From assembly GCF_013122565.1 (NCBI RefSeq), contig NZ_CP053258.1: DNA of 64,000 bases, one strand, 5' to 3'. The DNA is from Escherichia coli (GTDB lineage: Bacteria; Pseudomonadota; Gammaproteobacteria; Enterobacterales; Enterobacteriaceae). Shown here one piece after another: positions 45,248-59,394 of the stretch; the first letter of the stretch is position 1, and the number at the start of each line of letters is the position of its first letter. Made by a program: the position numbers and the translations under genes. Under the pieces are notes generated by a model. The model made no database searches. It was given only the letters and a program-made list of their open reading frames with translations, and was not told the origin of the DNA.

Positions 45248-46077
45248 TGATAATAGCGGCCGAGCGTTACGCGCTCGTTATCACCATAGTCACGGCAGGT
45301 TTCGACGTCATGATACCCCGCGAGGATAAATGCTTGTCGCACCGCTTCGCCCTGCTGCCAGCCATGTTCCAGAAGCAGAAAGCCGCCGGATACCAGCGCG
45401 TTACGCGACTGTTCGATGATATGCACGATGTCTGCCATTCCACTGTCTGCCGCAACCAGCGCAGTGAGCGGCTCAAAGCGGACATCGCCTTGTTGAAGAT
45501 GAGGATCCTGCTCGTCAATATACGGCGGGTTACTGACAATCATCGCAAACTGCTGCCCGGCTAGCGCGCTAAACCAGTCGCTTTGCAGAATGTGGATATT
45601 TTTGATCGCCAGATGCTGGGCATTACGTTGTGCCAGGGCGACAGCATCGGGCATACGATCTACAGCGGTAATTTCGCAGTCCGGGCGCTCGCTAGCCAGC
45701 GCAAGCGCAATCGCCCCGGTACCCGTCCCGAGATCGAGAATACGGCAAGGTTGTTCAGGCAACCGCGCCAGTGCCTGCTCCACCAGACACTCCGTATCCG
45801 GGCGCGGAATTAAGGTCGCTGGCGAAACAAATAACGGCAACGACCAAAACTCTCGCACCCCGGTTAAATGAGCAATGGGTTCACCATCGCGACGACGTGT
45901 CAGTAGCGCATCAAGTTGCTGACATTGTTCGTCAGTCAGCTGCGTTTCACCAAAGGCGAGAATAAAAGTACGTCCTCTGCCGGTAACATGCTCCAGCAGG
46001 ATTTCAGCATCACGCCGCGGGCTTTCGCTCGCCTGAAGTTGGCTTATTGCTTCACGTAACCAGTGTTGATATTCCAT
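45244..46077 (-). CDS. prmC: Release factor glutamine N5-methyltransferase PrmC (HemK)
   Basis: 277-aa ORF with SAM-binding LDLGTGTGAIALA and catalytic NPPY motif. Confidence 0.96.
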   Translation of the reverse strand: MEYQHWLREAISQLQASESPRRDAEILLEHVTGRGRTFILAFGETQLTDEQCQQLDALLTRRRDGEPIAHLTGVREFWSLPLFVSPATLIPRPDTECLVEQALARLPEQPCRILDLGTGTGAIALALASERPDCEITAVDRMPDAVALAQRNAQHLAIKNIHILQSDWFSALAGQQFAMIVSNPPYIDEQDPHLQQGDVRFEPLTALVAADSGMADIVHIIEQSRNALVSGGFLLLEHGWQQGEAVRQAFILAGYHDVETCRDYGDNERVTLGRYYQ

Positions 46078-47159
46078 TATTCCTGCTCGGACAACGCCGC
46101 CAGTTGGTCGGCCTGATGTTCCTGGATAATCGGTTCAATCAGCATATCCAGCTTACCTTCCATCACTTCATCCAGACGGTAGAGCGTAAGGTTGATGCGG
46201 TGATCGGTAACGCGCCCCTGCGGGAAGTTGTAAGTCCGGTTACGGTCGCTGCGATCGCCACTCCCCAGCAGGTTACGACGGGTAGACGCTTCGGCCTGTT
46301 GGCGTTTTGCCATTTCAGCAGCGTGGATGCGAGCACCGAGTACAGAAAGTGCTTTAGCTTTGTTTTTATGTTGTGAACGTTCGTCCTGACATTCAACAAC
46401 AATCCCGGTCGGCAAGTGAGTAATACGAATTGCCGAATCGGTGGTGTTAACGTGCTGACCACCCGCCCCTGACGAGCGGAAAGTATCAATGCGTAAATCT
46501 GCTGGGTTGATGTCCGGCAGTTCTGCGTCAGGCAGTTCTGGCATTACCGCAACGGTACAAGCAGAAGTATGAATACGACCCTGCGATTCCGTAGCAGGAA
46601 CACGCTGCACGCGATGACCGCCAGATTCAAATTTCAGACGACCATACACACCATCACCGCTAATTTTGGCGATGATCTCTTTATAACCACCATGTTCACC
46701 CTCGCTGGCGCTCATGATTTCTACACGCCAGCGGCGGGCTTCGGCGTAACGGCTGTACATACGGAACAGATCGCCAGCGAACAGCGCTGCTTCGTCGCCG
46801 CCGGTTCCGGCACGGACTTCGAGGAAGGCGTTACGTTCGTCATCAGGATCTTTTGGTAGTAATAGAACCTGTAATTGCTGTTCCAGTTGCTCGCTTTTTT
46901 CTTTAGCTTCGCGCAGTTCATCCTGCGCCATCTCACGCATTTCAGGATCGTCGAGCATCATCTGTGCGGTTTCGATATCTTCCTGAACCTGTTGCCAGTC
47001 GGTAAAACAGCGCGAAACATCACTTAACTGCGCATATTCGCGTGATAATGCGCGAAAACGTTCCTGGTCGGCGATAGTTTGCGCGTCACCCAGCAACGCC
47101 TGAACTTCTTCATGGCGTTCATGCAGGGCTTCCAGTTTGGCAACGATAGAAGGCTTCAT
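46077..47159 (-). CDS. prfA: Peptide chain release factor 1
   Basis: 360-aa ORF with GGQ motif ([11 protein letters not shown]) and PxT-type codon-recognition region. Confidence 0.98.
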
Positions 47160-47200
47160 AGGCGTAAATGCACCCTGTAAAAAAAGAAAATGATGTACTG

Positions 47201-48457
47201 CTACTCCAGCCCGAGGCTGTCGCGCAGAATATTCAGGCGTTCGTTATCCCCGTCACGGGCGGCCTGTTGAAGTGATTTCGTTGGCGCATGGATCAAGCGG
47301 TTAGTCAGTTTCCATGCCAGATCCTGCATAATGGCTTGTGCGTCGCCGCCCTGCTCAAGGGCCGCTAACGCTTTGGCGGTTAACTCATCGCGAACTTGCT
47401 CTGCCTGGCTGCGATACTCGCGAATGGTTTCGCTGGCGCTTTGTGCACGCAGCCACGCCATAAATTCGCTGGTTTCCTGAGCGACAATAGTTTCCGCCTC
47501 AACTGCTGCGGCTTTACGCTGGGCAAGGTTATGCGAAATGATGCTTTGCAGATCGTCCACGCTATAAAGATAAGCATTCGCCAGTTTGCCAACTTCCGGC
47601 TCAACATCGCGCGGAACGGCAATATCCACCAACAGCATTGGTTGGTTGCGACGGCTTTTTAATGCGCGCTCCACCATGCCTTTCCCGATAATCGGTAACG
47701 GGCTGGCGGTGGAACTGATGATGATATCGGCTTCGCGCAGACGTTCGTCGATATCACTCAGGGCAATCACTTCCGCGCCGACTTCATCTGCCAGAATTTG
47801 GGCACGTTCGCGAGTGCGGTTGGCGATAATCATCTTCTGTACTTTGTGTTCGCGCAGATGACGCGCTACCAGCTCGATGGTTTCGCCCGCGCCTACCAGC
47901 AACACTGTGACCGTAGAGAGCGATTCAAAGATCTGCCGCGCCAGCGTACAAGCCGCAAAAGCGACAGACACAGCGCTGGCACCGATATCTGTTTCAGTGC
48001 GAACGCGTTTCGCTACAGAGAAAGATTTCTGGAACATGCGTTCCAGTTCGCTGGCCTTCATATGACCTTTTTGCGAATCGGCAAACGCTTTTTTAACCTG
48101 ACCGAGGATCTGCGGCTCCCCAAGAACCAGTGAATCCAGGCCGCTGGCAACACGCATTAAATGGCTAACCGCGTCGTTATCCTGATGCCAGTAAAGGCTT
48201 TTACGCAGATCTTCTTCATTAAGATTGTGATAATCGCAAAGCCAGCGGATTAACGCCTCTTGCAGGTTGTCCTGCTCTTCAACGCTAAGATAAAGTTCCG
48301 TGCGATTGCACGTCGACAGCACCACGCCGCCCTGCACCATCGGCTGCGCAAGCAGGCTGTCAAGCGCCTGATCGAGCTTATCCGGCGAAAACGATACACG
48401 TTCTCGCAGCGATACAGGTGCCGTTTTATGGTTGATACCGAGTGCTAAAAGGGTCAT
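47201..48457 (-). CDS. hemA: Glutamyl-tRNA reductase HemA (418 aa; track ORF extends to 48655)
   Basis: [21 protein letters not shown] with catalytic Cys in [10 protein letters not shown]. Confidence 0.96.
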
Positions 48458-48601
48458 GTCTGCGGGAAATAATACCAACGTTGATAGGGTTAGTCTGCTT
48501 GCATCATACAGGATGCGTAAGATCAATAAAAGAGAGCGCCCCCTTTTGGAGTAATTGCCGAAAGCCGTTAGATTCTGGCAATTAAGACAACTTGAACATA
48601 G

Positions 48602-49293
<692 letters not shown>

Positions 49294-49294
<1 letters not shown>

Positions 49295-50145
49295 TGCGGA
49301 CACAGTGGCCCTCTCCGGCAAAACTTAATCTGTTTTTATACATTACCGGTCAGCGTGCGGATGGTTACCACACGCTGCAAACGCTGTTTCAGTTTCTTGA
49401 TTACGGCGACACCATCAGCATTGAGCTTCGTGACGATGGGGATATTCGTCTGTTAACGCCCGTTGAAGGCGTGGAACATGAAGATAACCTGATCGTTCGC
49501 GCAGCGCGGTTGTTGATGAAAACTGCGGCAGACAGCGGGCGTCTTCCGACGGGAAGCGGTGCGGATATCAGCATTGACAAGCGTTTGCCGATGGGCGGCG
49601 GTCTCGGCGGTGGTTCATCCAATGCCGCGACGGTCCTGGTGGCATTAAATCATCTCTGGCAATGCGGGCTAAGCATGGATGAGCTGGCGGAAATGGGGCT
49701 GACGCTGGGCGCAGATGTTCCTGTCTTTGTTCGGGGGCATGCCGCGTTTGCCGAAGGCGTTGGTGAAATACTCACGCCGGTGGATCCGCCAGAGAAGTGG
49801 TATCTGGTGGCACACCCTGGTGTAAGTATTCCGACTCCGGTGATTTTTAAAGATCCTGAACTCCCGCGCAATACGCCAAAAAGGTCAATAGAAACGTTGC
49901 TAAAATGTGAATTCAGCAATGATTGCGAGGTTATCGCAAGAAAACGTTTTCGCGAGGTTGATGCGGTGCTTTCCTGGCTGTTAGAATACGCCCCGTCGCG
50001 CCTGACTGGGACAGGGGCCTGTGTCTTTGCTGAATTTGATACAGAGTCTGAAGCCCGCCAGGTGCTAGAGCAAGCCCCGGAATGGCTCAATGGCTTTGTG
50101 GCGAAAGGCGTTAATCTTTCCCCATTGCACAGAGCCATGCTTTAA
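49294..50145 (+). CDS. ispE: 4-diphosphocytidyl-2-C-methyl-D-erythritol kinase IspE
   Basis: 283-aa GHMP kinase with [14 protein letters not shown] motif; start overlaps lolB stop. Confidence 0.96.
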
Positions 50146-50169
50146 GCCGGGCAAGCTGAGTTTCGGTGA

Positions 50170-51243
<1,074 letters not shown>

Positions 51244-51261
51244 TCGAACCCGGCTCAAAGA

Positions 51262-51282
51262 CCCGCTGCGGCGGGTTTTTTT
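51262..51282 (+). terminator. Rho-independent terminator of prs
   Basis: Hairpin cccgc-tgcg-gcggg followed by T7, 19 nt after stop. Confidence 0.85.
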
Positions 51283-51367
51283 GTCTGTAATATCCATTTG
51301 TATGACCTATGCCTCCTTCACCTGCCATTTAGTTGACAGATGATGCGCTCACGGATGAAACATTATT

Positions 51368-53047
51368 GTGAACAAAATATTTTCCTCACATGTGATGCCT
51401 TTCCGCGCTCTGATCGACGCTTGCTGGAAAGAAAAATATACTGCCGCACGGTTTACCCGTGACCTCATTGCCGGGATAACCGTCGGGATTATTGCTATCC
51501 CGCTGGCGATGGCGTTGGCTATTGGTAGTGGTGTGGCACCCCAGTACGGTTTATATACCGCAGCTGTTGCGGGGATTGTCATTGCTCTGACGGGGGGGTC
51601 ACGCTTTAGCGTTTCCGGTCCGACTGCGGCATTTGTGGTAATTCTCTATCCCGTTTCGCAACAGTTTGGACTGGCAGGACTGCTGGTTGCGACCTTGCTG
51701 TCGGGGATCTTTTTGATTCTGATGGGTCTGGCACGCTTTGGTCGCCTGATTGAGTATATTCCGGTTTCCGTTACCTTAGGTTTCACCTCGGGTATCGGGA
51801 TCACCATCGGTACCATGCAGATTAAAGATTTTCTCGGTCTGCAAATGGCCCATGTCCCGGAACATTATCTACAAAAAGTCGGCGCATTATTTATGGCGCT
51901 GCCGACCATTAATTTGGGTGATGCTGCCATTGGCATTGTGACGCTTGGCATTCTGGTTTTCTGGCCGCGTCTGGGCATTCGTTTACCCGGCCACCTTCCG
52001 GCCTTGCTGGCTGGTTGCGCGGTGATGGGGATTGTTAATCTGCTCGGCGGACATGTTGCTACCATCGGTTCGCAATTCCACTACGTGCTGGCCGATGGTT
52101 CTCAGGGTAACGGTATTCCGCAACTGCTGCCGCAACTGGTGCTGCCGTGGGATCTGCCTGATTCAGAATTCACGCTAACCTGGGATTCTATTCGCACACT
52201 GCTGCCTGCGGCATTCTCAATGGCAATGCTCGGCGCAATCGAATCTCTGCTCTGCGCCGTGGTGCTGGATGGTATGACCGGGACGAAACACAAGGCGAAT
52301 AGCGAACTGGTTGGACAGGGACTGGGGAATATCATCGCTCCGTTCTTTGGTGGTATTACCGCTACAGCTGCCATCGCGCGTTCTGCCGCTAACGTCCGTG
52401 CCGGGGCAACGTCCCCTATCTCGGCGGTGATCCACTCTATTCTGGTTATTCTTGCCCTGCTGGTACTGGCACCGCTGCTCTCCTGGCTGCCGCTTTCCGC
52501 TATGGCAGCCCTGCTGTTGATGGTGGCGTGGAACATGAGTGAAGCGCATAAAGTGGTCGACTTGCTGCGTCATGCGCCGAAAGATGACATCATTGTCATG
52601 CTGTTGTGCATGTCGCTGACCGTGCTGTTTGATATGGTTATTGCCATCAGCGTGGGGATCGTGCTGGCATCGCTGCTGTTTATGCGTCGTATCGCACGTA
52701 TGACTCGCCTGGCACCGGTAGTCGTAGATGTTCCAGACGATGTTCTGGTACTGCGCGTTATTGGCCCGCTGTTTTTTGCTGCTGCTGAAGGCTTATTCAC
52801 AGACCTGGAGTCACGTCTTGAAGGCAAACGGATTGTGATTCTGAAGTGGGATGCCGTTCCGGTACTTGATGCTGGTGGTCTTGATGCGTTCCAGCGTTTT
52901 GTGAAGCGTCTGCCCGAAGGATGTGAACTGCGCGTGTGCAACGTGGAATTCCAGCCACTGCGCACTATGGCTCGCGCAGGCATTCAACCGATCCCGGGAC
53001 GCCTGGCGTTCTTCCCGAATCGTCGCGCGGCGATGGCGGATTTATAA
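51368..53047 (+). CDS. dauA: SulP-family C4-dicarboxylate transporter DauA (YchM) with C-terminal STAS domain
   Basis: 559-aa [36 protein letters not shown] recognised. Confidence 0.95.
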   Translation: MNKIFSSHVMPFRALIDACWKEKYTAARFTRDLIAGITVGIIAIPLAMALAIGSGVAPQYGLYTAAVAGIVIALTGGSRFSVSGPTAAFVVILYPVSQQFGLAGLLVATLLSGIFLILMGLARFGRLIEYIPVSVTLGFTSGIGITIGTMQIKDFLGLQMAHVPEHYLQKVGALFMALPTINLGDAAIGIVTLGILVFWPRLGIRLPGHLPALLAGCAVMGIVNLLGGHVATIGSQFHYVLADGSQGNGIPQLLPQLVLPWDLPDSEFTLTWDSIRTLLPAAFSMAMLGAIESLLCAVVLDGMTGTKHKANSELVGQGLGNIIAPFFGGITATAAIARSAANVRAGATSPISAVIHSILVILALLVLAPLLSWLPLSAMAALLLMVAWNMSEAHKVVDLLRHAPKDDIIVMLLCMSLTVLFDMVIAISVGIVLASLLFMRRIARMTRLAPVVVDVPDDVLVLRVIGPLFFAAAEGLFTDLESRLEGKRIVILKWDAVPVLDAGGLDAFQRFVKRLPEGCELRVCNVEFQPLRTMARAGIQPIPGRLAFFPNRRAAMADL

Positions 53048-53101
53048 GTACGAGATTGACCAGTCAGCGCAAACTGACTGGTCAGCAAACTGCAGTATTT
53101 G

Positions 53102-53380
53102 TTAGCTATGACGGCGATTATCGCTACGGCGGCAACGTTTGTCATAGTGGCGAACCCACCAGTAACGGTCGCACACCTGTTCATGCCCGCCAACACGGGC
53201 ACCCGCCAGCCAGAGAATGGCACCGACGAAAATACTTAGCACTGCACCATGTGCGAAATACTGGGGCATATTAAACTGTGGTAACTGGTTGAGGATTGAA
53301 TACCCCACGCCGACCACCATTACCACCAGACCCAACCCCATGAGCACGTTACCGAGTAACGAAGCGTTTTTGCGTTTCAT
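53102..53380 (-). CDS. ychH: Small inner membrane protein YchH
   Basis: 92-aa ORF MKRKNASLLGNVLMGLGLVVMVVGVGYSIL recognised. Confidence 0.9.
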   Translation of the reverse strand: MKRKNASLLGNVLMGLGLVVMVVGVGYSILNQLPQFNMPQYFAHGAVLSIFVGAILWLAGARVGGHEQVCDRYWWVRHYDKRCRRSDNRRHS

Positions 53381-53658
53381 ATGTCACCTCCGGAACTTTC
53401 TGGGTTGTAACAGGGAATACCCCTCTTCCTTATGTGTAAAGTATAGACAACACCCTGTGGGTTATGTGCGGGCGTGATCACAATTACAACCCTTATTTCA
53501 ACAAAACTTTACAAATAAACGTCTGAACACCTTGACTTTCTAATAGTCCACTCAGGCAATTATTACGTTATCTGCATTTGATACGCAGTTTTTTGTCAAG
53601 CGGGGCCGCAACCAGTAAACTACGCGCCAGTTATGTACACACTCAGGACAAAAAAAAC

Positions 53659-54243
53659 GTGACGATTAAATTGATTGTCGGCCTGGCGAACCCCGGTGCT
53701 GAATACGCCGCAACGCGACATAATGCTGGTGCCTGGTTCGTTGACTTACTGGCAGAGCGTTTGCGCGCTCCGCTGCGCGAAGAGGCTAAATTCTTTGGTT
53801 ATACTTCGCGAGTCACCCTTGGAGGTGAAGATGTCCGCCTGTTAGTCCCGACTACATTTATGAATCTCAGCGGCAAAGCCGTTGCGGCGATGGCCAGTTT
53901 TTTCCGCATTAATCCGGACGAAATTCTGGTGGCCCACGACGAACTGGATCTGCCTCCTGGCGTCGCCAAATTTAAGTTGGGCGGTGGCCATGGTGGTCAC
54001 AATGGACTGAAAGACATCATCAGTAAATTGGGTAATAACCCTAACTTTCACCGTTTACGCATCGGAATTGGTCATCCAGGCGATAAAAATAAAGTTGTCG
54101 GTTTTGTGTTAGGCAAACCGCCTGTTAGTGAACAGAAGTTAATTGATGAAGCCATCGACGAAGCGGCACGTTGTACTGAAATATGGTTTACAGATGGCTT
54201 GACCAAAGCAACGAACCGATTGCACGCCTTTAAAGCGCAATAA
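53659..54243 (+). CDS. pth: Peptidyl-tRNA hydrolase (194 aa, GTG start)
   Basis: [33 protein letters not shown] recognised. Confidence 0.96.
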   Translation: MTIKLIVGLANPGAEYAATRHNAGAWFVDLLAERLRAPLREEAKFFGYTSRVTLGGEDVRLLVPTTFMNLSGKAVAAMASFFRINPDEILVAHDELDLPPGVAKFKLGGGHGGHNGLKDIISKLGNNPNFHRLRIGIGHPGDKNKVVGFVLGKPPVSEQKLIDEAIDEAARCTEIWFTDGLTKATNRLHAFKAQ

Positions 54244-54359
54244 GTCGTTGTCTGCGGCATTTTTGCCGAGTGCCGTGTATAATAGGCAAAGTTATTTCCA
54301 TTTCTGCAATCTGTTAGCAATAACAGGTTGATTATTAAGATATTAAGGTGATTTAAATC

Positions 54360-55451
54360 ATGGGATTCAAATGCGGTATCGTCGGTTTGCCCAACGTCGG
54401 GAAATCTACCCTGTTCAACGCGCTGACCAAAGCCGGTATTGAAGCGGCCAACTTTCCATTCTGCACCATTGAGCCAAACACAGGCGTCGTACCAATGCCT
54501 GATCCTCGCCTGGATCAACTGGCTGAAATCGTAAAACCGCAACGTACGCTTCCCACGACCATGGAATTTGTCGATATCGCCGGTCTGGTAAAAGGCGCAT
54601 CGAAAGGCGAAGGTCTGGGTAACCAGTTCCTGACTAACATCCGTGAAACCGAAGCGATCGGTCACGTTGTTCGCTGCTTTGAAAATGACAACATCATTCA
54701 CGTTTCCGGCAAAGTTAACCCAGCGGACGATATTGAAGTTATCAACACCGAACTGGCGCTGGCAGACCTCGACACCTGCGAACGTGCGATTCATCGCGTA
54801 CAGAAGAAAGCCAAAGGTGGCGATAAAGACGCGAAAGCTGAGCTGGCGGTACTGGAAAAATGCCTGCCGCAGCTGGAAAACGCAGGTATGCTGCGCGCGC
54901 TGGATTTAAGCGCTGAAGAGAAAGCGGCTATTCGTTACCTGAGCTTCCTGACGCTGAAACCAACAATGTACATCGCCAACGTTAACGAAGACGGTTTTGA
55001 AAACAACCCGTATCTTGACCAGGTGCGTGAAATCGCGGCGAAAGAAGGTTCTGTTGTGGTTCCGGTTTGTGCTGCTGTTGAAGCAGACATTGCCGAACTG
55101 GACGACGAAGAACGTGACGAGTTTATGCAGGAGCTTGGGCTGGAAGAGCCGGGCCTGAACCGTGTGATCCGTGCCGGTTATAAGCTGCTGAACCTGCAAA
55201 CTTACTTCACCGCTGGAGTGAAAGAAGTGCGTGCATGGACAATTCCGGTTGGTGCAACCGCGCCGCAGGCAGCGGGCAAAATCCATACTGATTTTGAAAA
55301 AGGCTTTATCCGTGCACAAACCATCTCGTTTGAAGATTTCATCACTTACAAAGGTGAACAAGGCGCGAAAGAAGCAGGCAAAATGCGTGCAGAAGGTAAA
55401 GATTACATCGTTAAAGATGGCGATGTGATGAACTTCCTTTTCAACGTCTAA
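54360..55451 (+). CDS. ychF: Ribosome-binding ATPase YchF (Obg-family)
   Basis: 363-aa [26 protein letters not shown] with P-loop and C-terminal TGS domain. Confidence 0.97.
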
Positions 55452-55507
55452 TTAATTTGTTGTCTCATGAGGTTTCGCTAAATCTCATGAAGAGCGCAAA
55501 AGTATAT

Positions 55508-55536
55508 AAAATCCACGCAATTGCGTGGATTTTTCA
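55508..55536 (+). terminator. Rho-independent terminator of pth-ychF
   Basis: Perfect palindrome atccacgcaattgcgtggat followed by ttttt. Confidence 0.85.
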
Positions 55537-56295
55537 TTTCACCGAGTCCTAACCATTCTTGTAACATCCTACACTTTTGTGCTTATTGCCTACAGTGACC
55601 ACGAGAATAATTAAAGACATAAGTGTTCAGATGACGGATATCTCATTAGCAGTGGATATAACGTAAGTTTGTGTTCCACTACACATCAGCCCTCTTCACA
55701 GCTGATCAATATTGATCACGCTCCAATATGCTGGCGAGAAAAGGACTTACCTGAAGGGTAATATCCCGCAGATAAAGTCCCCGAATAACGAGATTACGTG
55801 CGATCCTGGCAAGATGAAAATGATAACCAATAGCACGATAATAACGATATGCCAGAAAATCCATTGATCAAAAATGAATATCGATGTTTTTTGCTTTTTC
55901 TTATTAGTAATGCAAAAATGGCGCATATTGTTTTTGTTATGCAGATACATCAAGCGAAAATCCCATAACTAATTAGGATTATTACCAAAAAATATTCACC
56001 AAATTATTTAACCGCTGTTTGTTGTAATGTTTTTGTCATATTCATAGTAACGAATTGGAATAAGTAACGACAACTTAGGGAATAACTCGATCTAAACTCA
56101 CCTTTGTAAGGGGGATGTTAAATATATATTAATTCCTGTGTTCCTGATTTTGCCCGGTAATAGAGAATTATTCTCAGAGAAGCTCATCATGATTGCACCA
56201 TACAAATATCATGATGATAAGAGGATATTATTCATTGACTTAAACAAAATGACAAAATCCATAGACCCATAGCCTGGGTACTATATAGGAGTGGT

Positions 56296-59181
56296 ATGGG
56301 CATCAAACAACACAATGGGAATACCAAAGCCGATCGTCTCGCTGAATTAAAAATCCGTTCGCCCTCAATTCAACTGATAAAATTTGGCGCTATTGGTTTG
56401 AATGCAATTATCTTTTCCCCCCTGCTGATAGCTGCTGATACAGGAAGTCAATATGGCACCAATATTACTATTAATGATGGTGACAGAATTACAGGAGATA
56501 CCGCCGATCCATCAGGAAACCTCTATGGTGTAATGACCCCAGCAGGAAACACGCCTGGCAATATCAACCTGGGTAATGATGTCACCGTCAATGTCAACGA
56601 CGCCTCTGGATATGCAAAAGGAATCATTATTCAGGGCAAAAACAGCTCCCTGACAGCTAACCGACTCACAGTAGATGTTGTTGGTCAAACCTCTGCCATC
56701 GGCATTAATTTAATTGGTGACTATACCCATGCTGACTTAGGCACAGGCAGCACCATTAAGAGTAACGATGACGGCATCATTATTGGGCATAGCTCAACAC
56801 TAACAGCCACTCAATTCACCATTGAAAACTCGAACGGTATAGGCCTAACCATCAATGACTATGGCACCAGTGTCGATCTTGGAAGCGGAAGTAAAATCAA
56901 GACCGATGGAAGTACAGGTGTTTATATCGGTGGTCTCAACGGCAATAACGCCAATGGTGCTGCGCGTTTTACGGCGACAGACCTGACAATCGATGTTCAG
57001 GGCTACAGCGCCATGGGGATAAACGTACAGAAAAACTCTGTTGTCGATCTCGGAACAAACAGTTCCATTAAAACCAGTGGCGATAATGCACACGGCCTCT
57101 GGAGCTTTGGCCAGGTTAGCGCGAATGCACTCACTGTTGATGTAACTGGAGCCGCGGCCAATGGCATCGAAGTTCGTGGTGGTACAACCACTATCGGTGC
57201 AGATAGCCATATTTCTTCCGCGCAGGGCGGTGGTCTCGTAGCCAGTGGTTCAGACGCGACAATCAATTTTTCTGGCACGGCAGCGCAACGAAACAGCATC
57301 TTTTCCGGCGGTTCTTATGGTGCATCAGCCCAGACGGCAACGGCTGTTATCAACATGCAAAATACCGATATTACGGTTGATCGTAATGGCAGTCTGGCGC
57401 TGGGGTTGTGGGCGCTCAGCGGCGGTAGAATAACCGGAGACAGTTTGGCTATCACCGGCGCGGCAGGAGCCAGGGGGATTTATGCCATGACCAACAGCCA
57501 GATCGATCTCACGAGCGATCTGGTCATTGATATGAGTACACCCGACCAGATGGCCATCGCAACGCAACATGACGATGGTTATGCCGCCAGCCGCATCAAC
57601 GCCTCGGGTCGTATGCTTATCAACGGTAGCGTTCTCTCCAAAGGTGGGCTAATCAATCTGGATATGCACCCTGGGTCGGTTTGGACAGGTTCCTCCCTCA
57701 GCGATAATGTCAATGGCGGGAAACTGGACGTTGCAATGAATAACAGCGTCTGGAACGTAACAAGTAATTCTAATCTCGACACGCTGGCGCTGAGCCATTC
57801 AACTGTCGATTTTGCCAGCCACGGGTCAACTGCCGGCACATTTACCACATTAAACGTAGAGAACCTGAGCGGTAACAGTACCTTTATTATGCGTGCTGAT
57901 GTTGTTGGCGAGGGTAATGGCGTTAATAATAAAGGGGATTTATTGAATATCAGCGGGAGTAGTGCTGGTAATCACGTATTGGCTATCCGCAACCAGGGCA
58001 GCGAGGCCACTACGGGAAATGAAGTTCTGACAGTGGTAAAAACCACTGACGGTGCGGCCTCGTTCAGCGCGTCTTCTCAGGTTGAGTTGGGAGGATATCT
58101 GTACGATGTGCGTAAAAATGGCACTAACTGGGAGCTTTACGCTTCCGGGACAATTCCGGAGCCGACTCCAAATCCTGAACCAACGCCGGCTCCCGCTCAG
58201 CCTCCCATAGTCAACCCCGATCCTACGCCTGAACCCGATCCTACGCCTACCCCCACTCCCACACCTAAACCCACCACGACCGCAGATGCTGGCGGCAATT
58301 ATCTCAATGTCGGTTATTTATTGAACTATGTTGAAAACCGTACGCTGATGCAACGGATGGGTGACCTGCGAAATCAGAGTAAAGACGGTAATATCTGGCT
58401 GCGCAGTTATGGGGGAAGCCTGGACTCCTTCGCCAGTGGCAAACTTAGCGGCTTTGACATGGGTTACAGCGGTATCCAGTTTGGTGGGGATAAACGTCTC
58501 TCTGATGTAATGCCGTTGTATGTCGGTCTGTATATTGGCTCAACACATGCATCGCCGGACTATAGCGGAGGCGACGGTACCGCACGTTCAGACTACATGG
58601 GAATGTACGCCAGTTACATGGCACACAACGGTTTTTACAGCGATCTCGTTGTAAAAGCATCGCGCCAGAAAAATAGCTTCCACGTACTGGACAGTCAGAA
58701 CAACGGCGTTAACGCCAACGGCACTGCGAATGGATTGAGCATCTCCCTGGAAGCCGGGCAGAGGTTCAACCTGACCCCTACTGGTTATGGGTTCTATATA
58801 GAGCCGCAAACCCAGCTCACATACAGCCACCAGAATGAGATGGCTATGAAGGCGAGTAATGGTCTCAATATACATCTGAATCACTACGAATCGCTGCTGG
58901 GGCGTGCCAGTATGATACTGGGATATGACATCACCGCAGGCAACAGCCAGCTGAATATGTATGTGAAGACTGGCGCTATCCGCGAGTTTTCAGGGGATAC
59001 AGAATATCTGTTGAACAACTCCCGGGAGAAGTACAGTTTCAAAGGTAATGGCTGGAATAACGGCGTGGGAGTCAGTGCACAGTATAACAAACAGCACACA
59101 TTCTACCTCGAAGCGGATTACACGCAGGGTAACCTCTTTGATCAGAAGCAAGTCAACGGAGGATATCGCTTCAGCTTTTAA
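56296..59181 (+). CDS. ycgV: Type Va autotransporter adhesin (YcgV-like): passenger beta-helix, Pro/Thr linker, C-terminal beta-barrel
   Basis: 961-aa ORF with repetitive G/T/N/S-rich passenger, PEPTPNPEPTP...TPTPTPTPKP linker, and barrel ending in aromatic-terminal GGYRFSF. Confidence 0.9.
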   Translation: MGIKQHNGNTKADRLAELKIRSPSIQLIKFGAIGLNAIIFSPLLIAADTGSQYGTNITINDGDRITGDTADPSGNLYGVMTPAGNTPGNINLGNDVTVNVNDASGYAKGIIIQGKNSSLTANRLTVDVVGQTSAIGINLIGDYTHADLGTGSTIKSNDDGIIIGHSSTLTATQFTIENSNGIGLTINDYGTSVDLGSGSKIKTDGSTGVYIGGLNGNNANGAARFTATDLTIDVQGYSAMGINVQKNSVVDLGTNSSIKTSGDNAHGLWSFGQVSANALTVDVTGAAANGIEVRGGTTTIGADSHISSAQGGGLVASGSDATINFSGTAAQRNSIFSGGSYGASAQTATAVINMQNTDITVDRNGSLALGLWALSGGRITGDSLAITGAAGARGIYAMTNSQIDLTSDLVIDMSTPDQMAIATQHDDGYAASRINASGRMLINGSVLSKGGLINLDMHPGSVWTGSSLSDNVNGGKLDVAMNNSVWNVTSNSNLDTLALSHSTVDFASHGSTAGTFTTLNVENLSGNSTFIMRADVVGEGNGVNNKGDLLNISGSSAGNHVLAIRNQGSEATTGNEVLTVVKTTDGAASFSASSQVELGGYLYDVRKNGTNWELYASGTIPEPTPNPEPTPAPAQPPIVNPDPTPEPDPTPTPTPTPKPTTTADAGGNYLNVGYLLNYVENRTLMQRMGDLRNQSKDGNIWLRSYGGSLDSFASGKLSGFDMGYSGIQFGGDKRLSDVMPLYVGLYIGSTHASPDYSGGDGTARSDYMGMYASYMAHNGFYSDLVVKASRQKNSFHVLDSQNNGVNANGTANGLSISLEAGQRFNLTPTGYGFYIEPQTQLTYSHQNEMAMKASNGLNIHLNHYESLLGRASMILGYDITAGNSQLNMYVKTGAIREFSGDTEYLLNNSREKYSFKGNGWNNGVGVSAQYNKQHTFYLEADYTQGNLFDQKQVNGGYRFSF

Positions 59182-59394
59182 GTACGGGGTAGACAAGCCC
59201 TTAAACGATGCTGAAAAATGTTAGCGTGCGCCGGAATGAAATATAGATCATCCTGGTGTAATTAAGATCATGCGGAGGTGCGTCAACGCCTCCGCGCCTT
59301 TCACCAAAAAGTCATTGATGGAGGGGCAGGGTGATTACTCAGTCTCATTGGAATAATCTTTGTAAATTAACAAACTTGATCGTAAGGATATCAG

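Noticed and set aside
54072-54794. 240-aa minus-strand ORF
   Set aside because: Spans the pth-ychF intergenic region antisense to both genes; non-ATG start and no SD.
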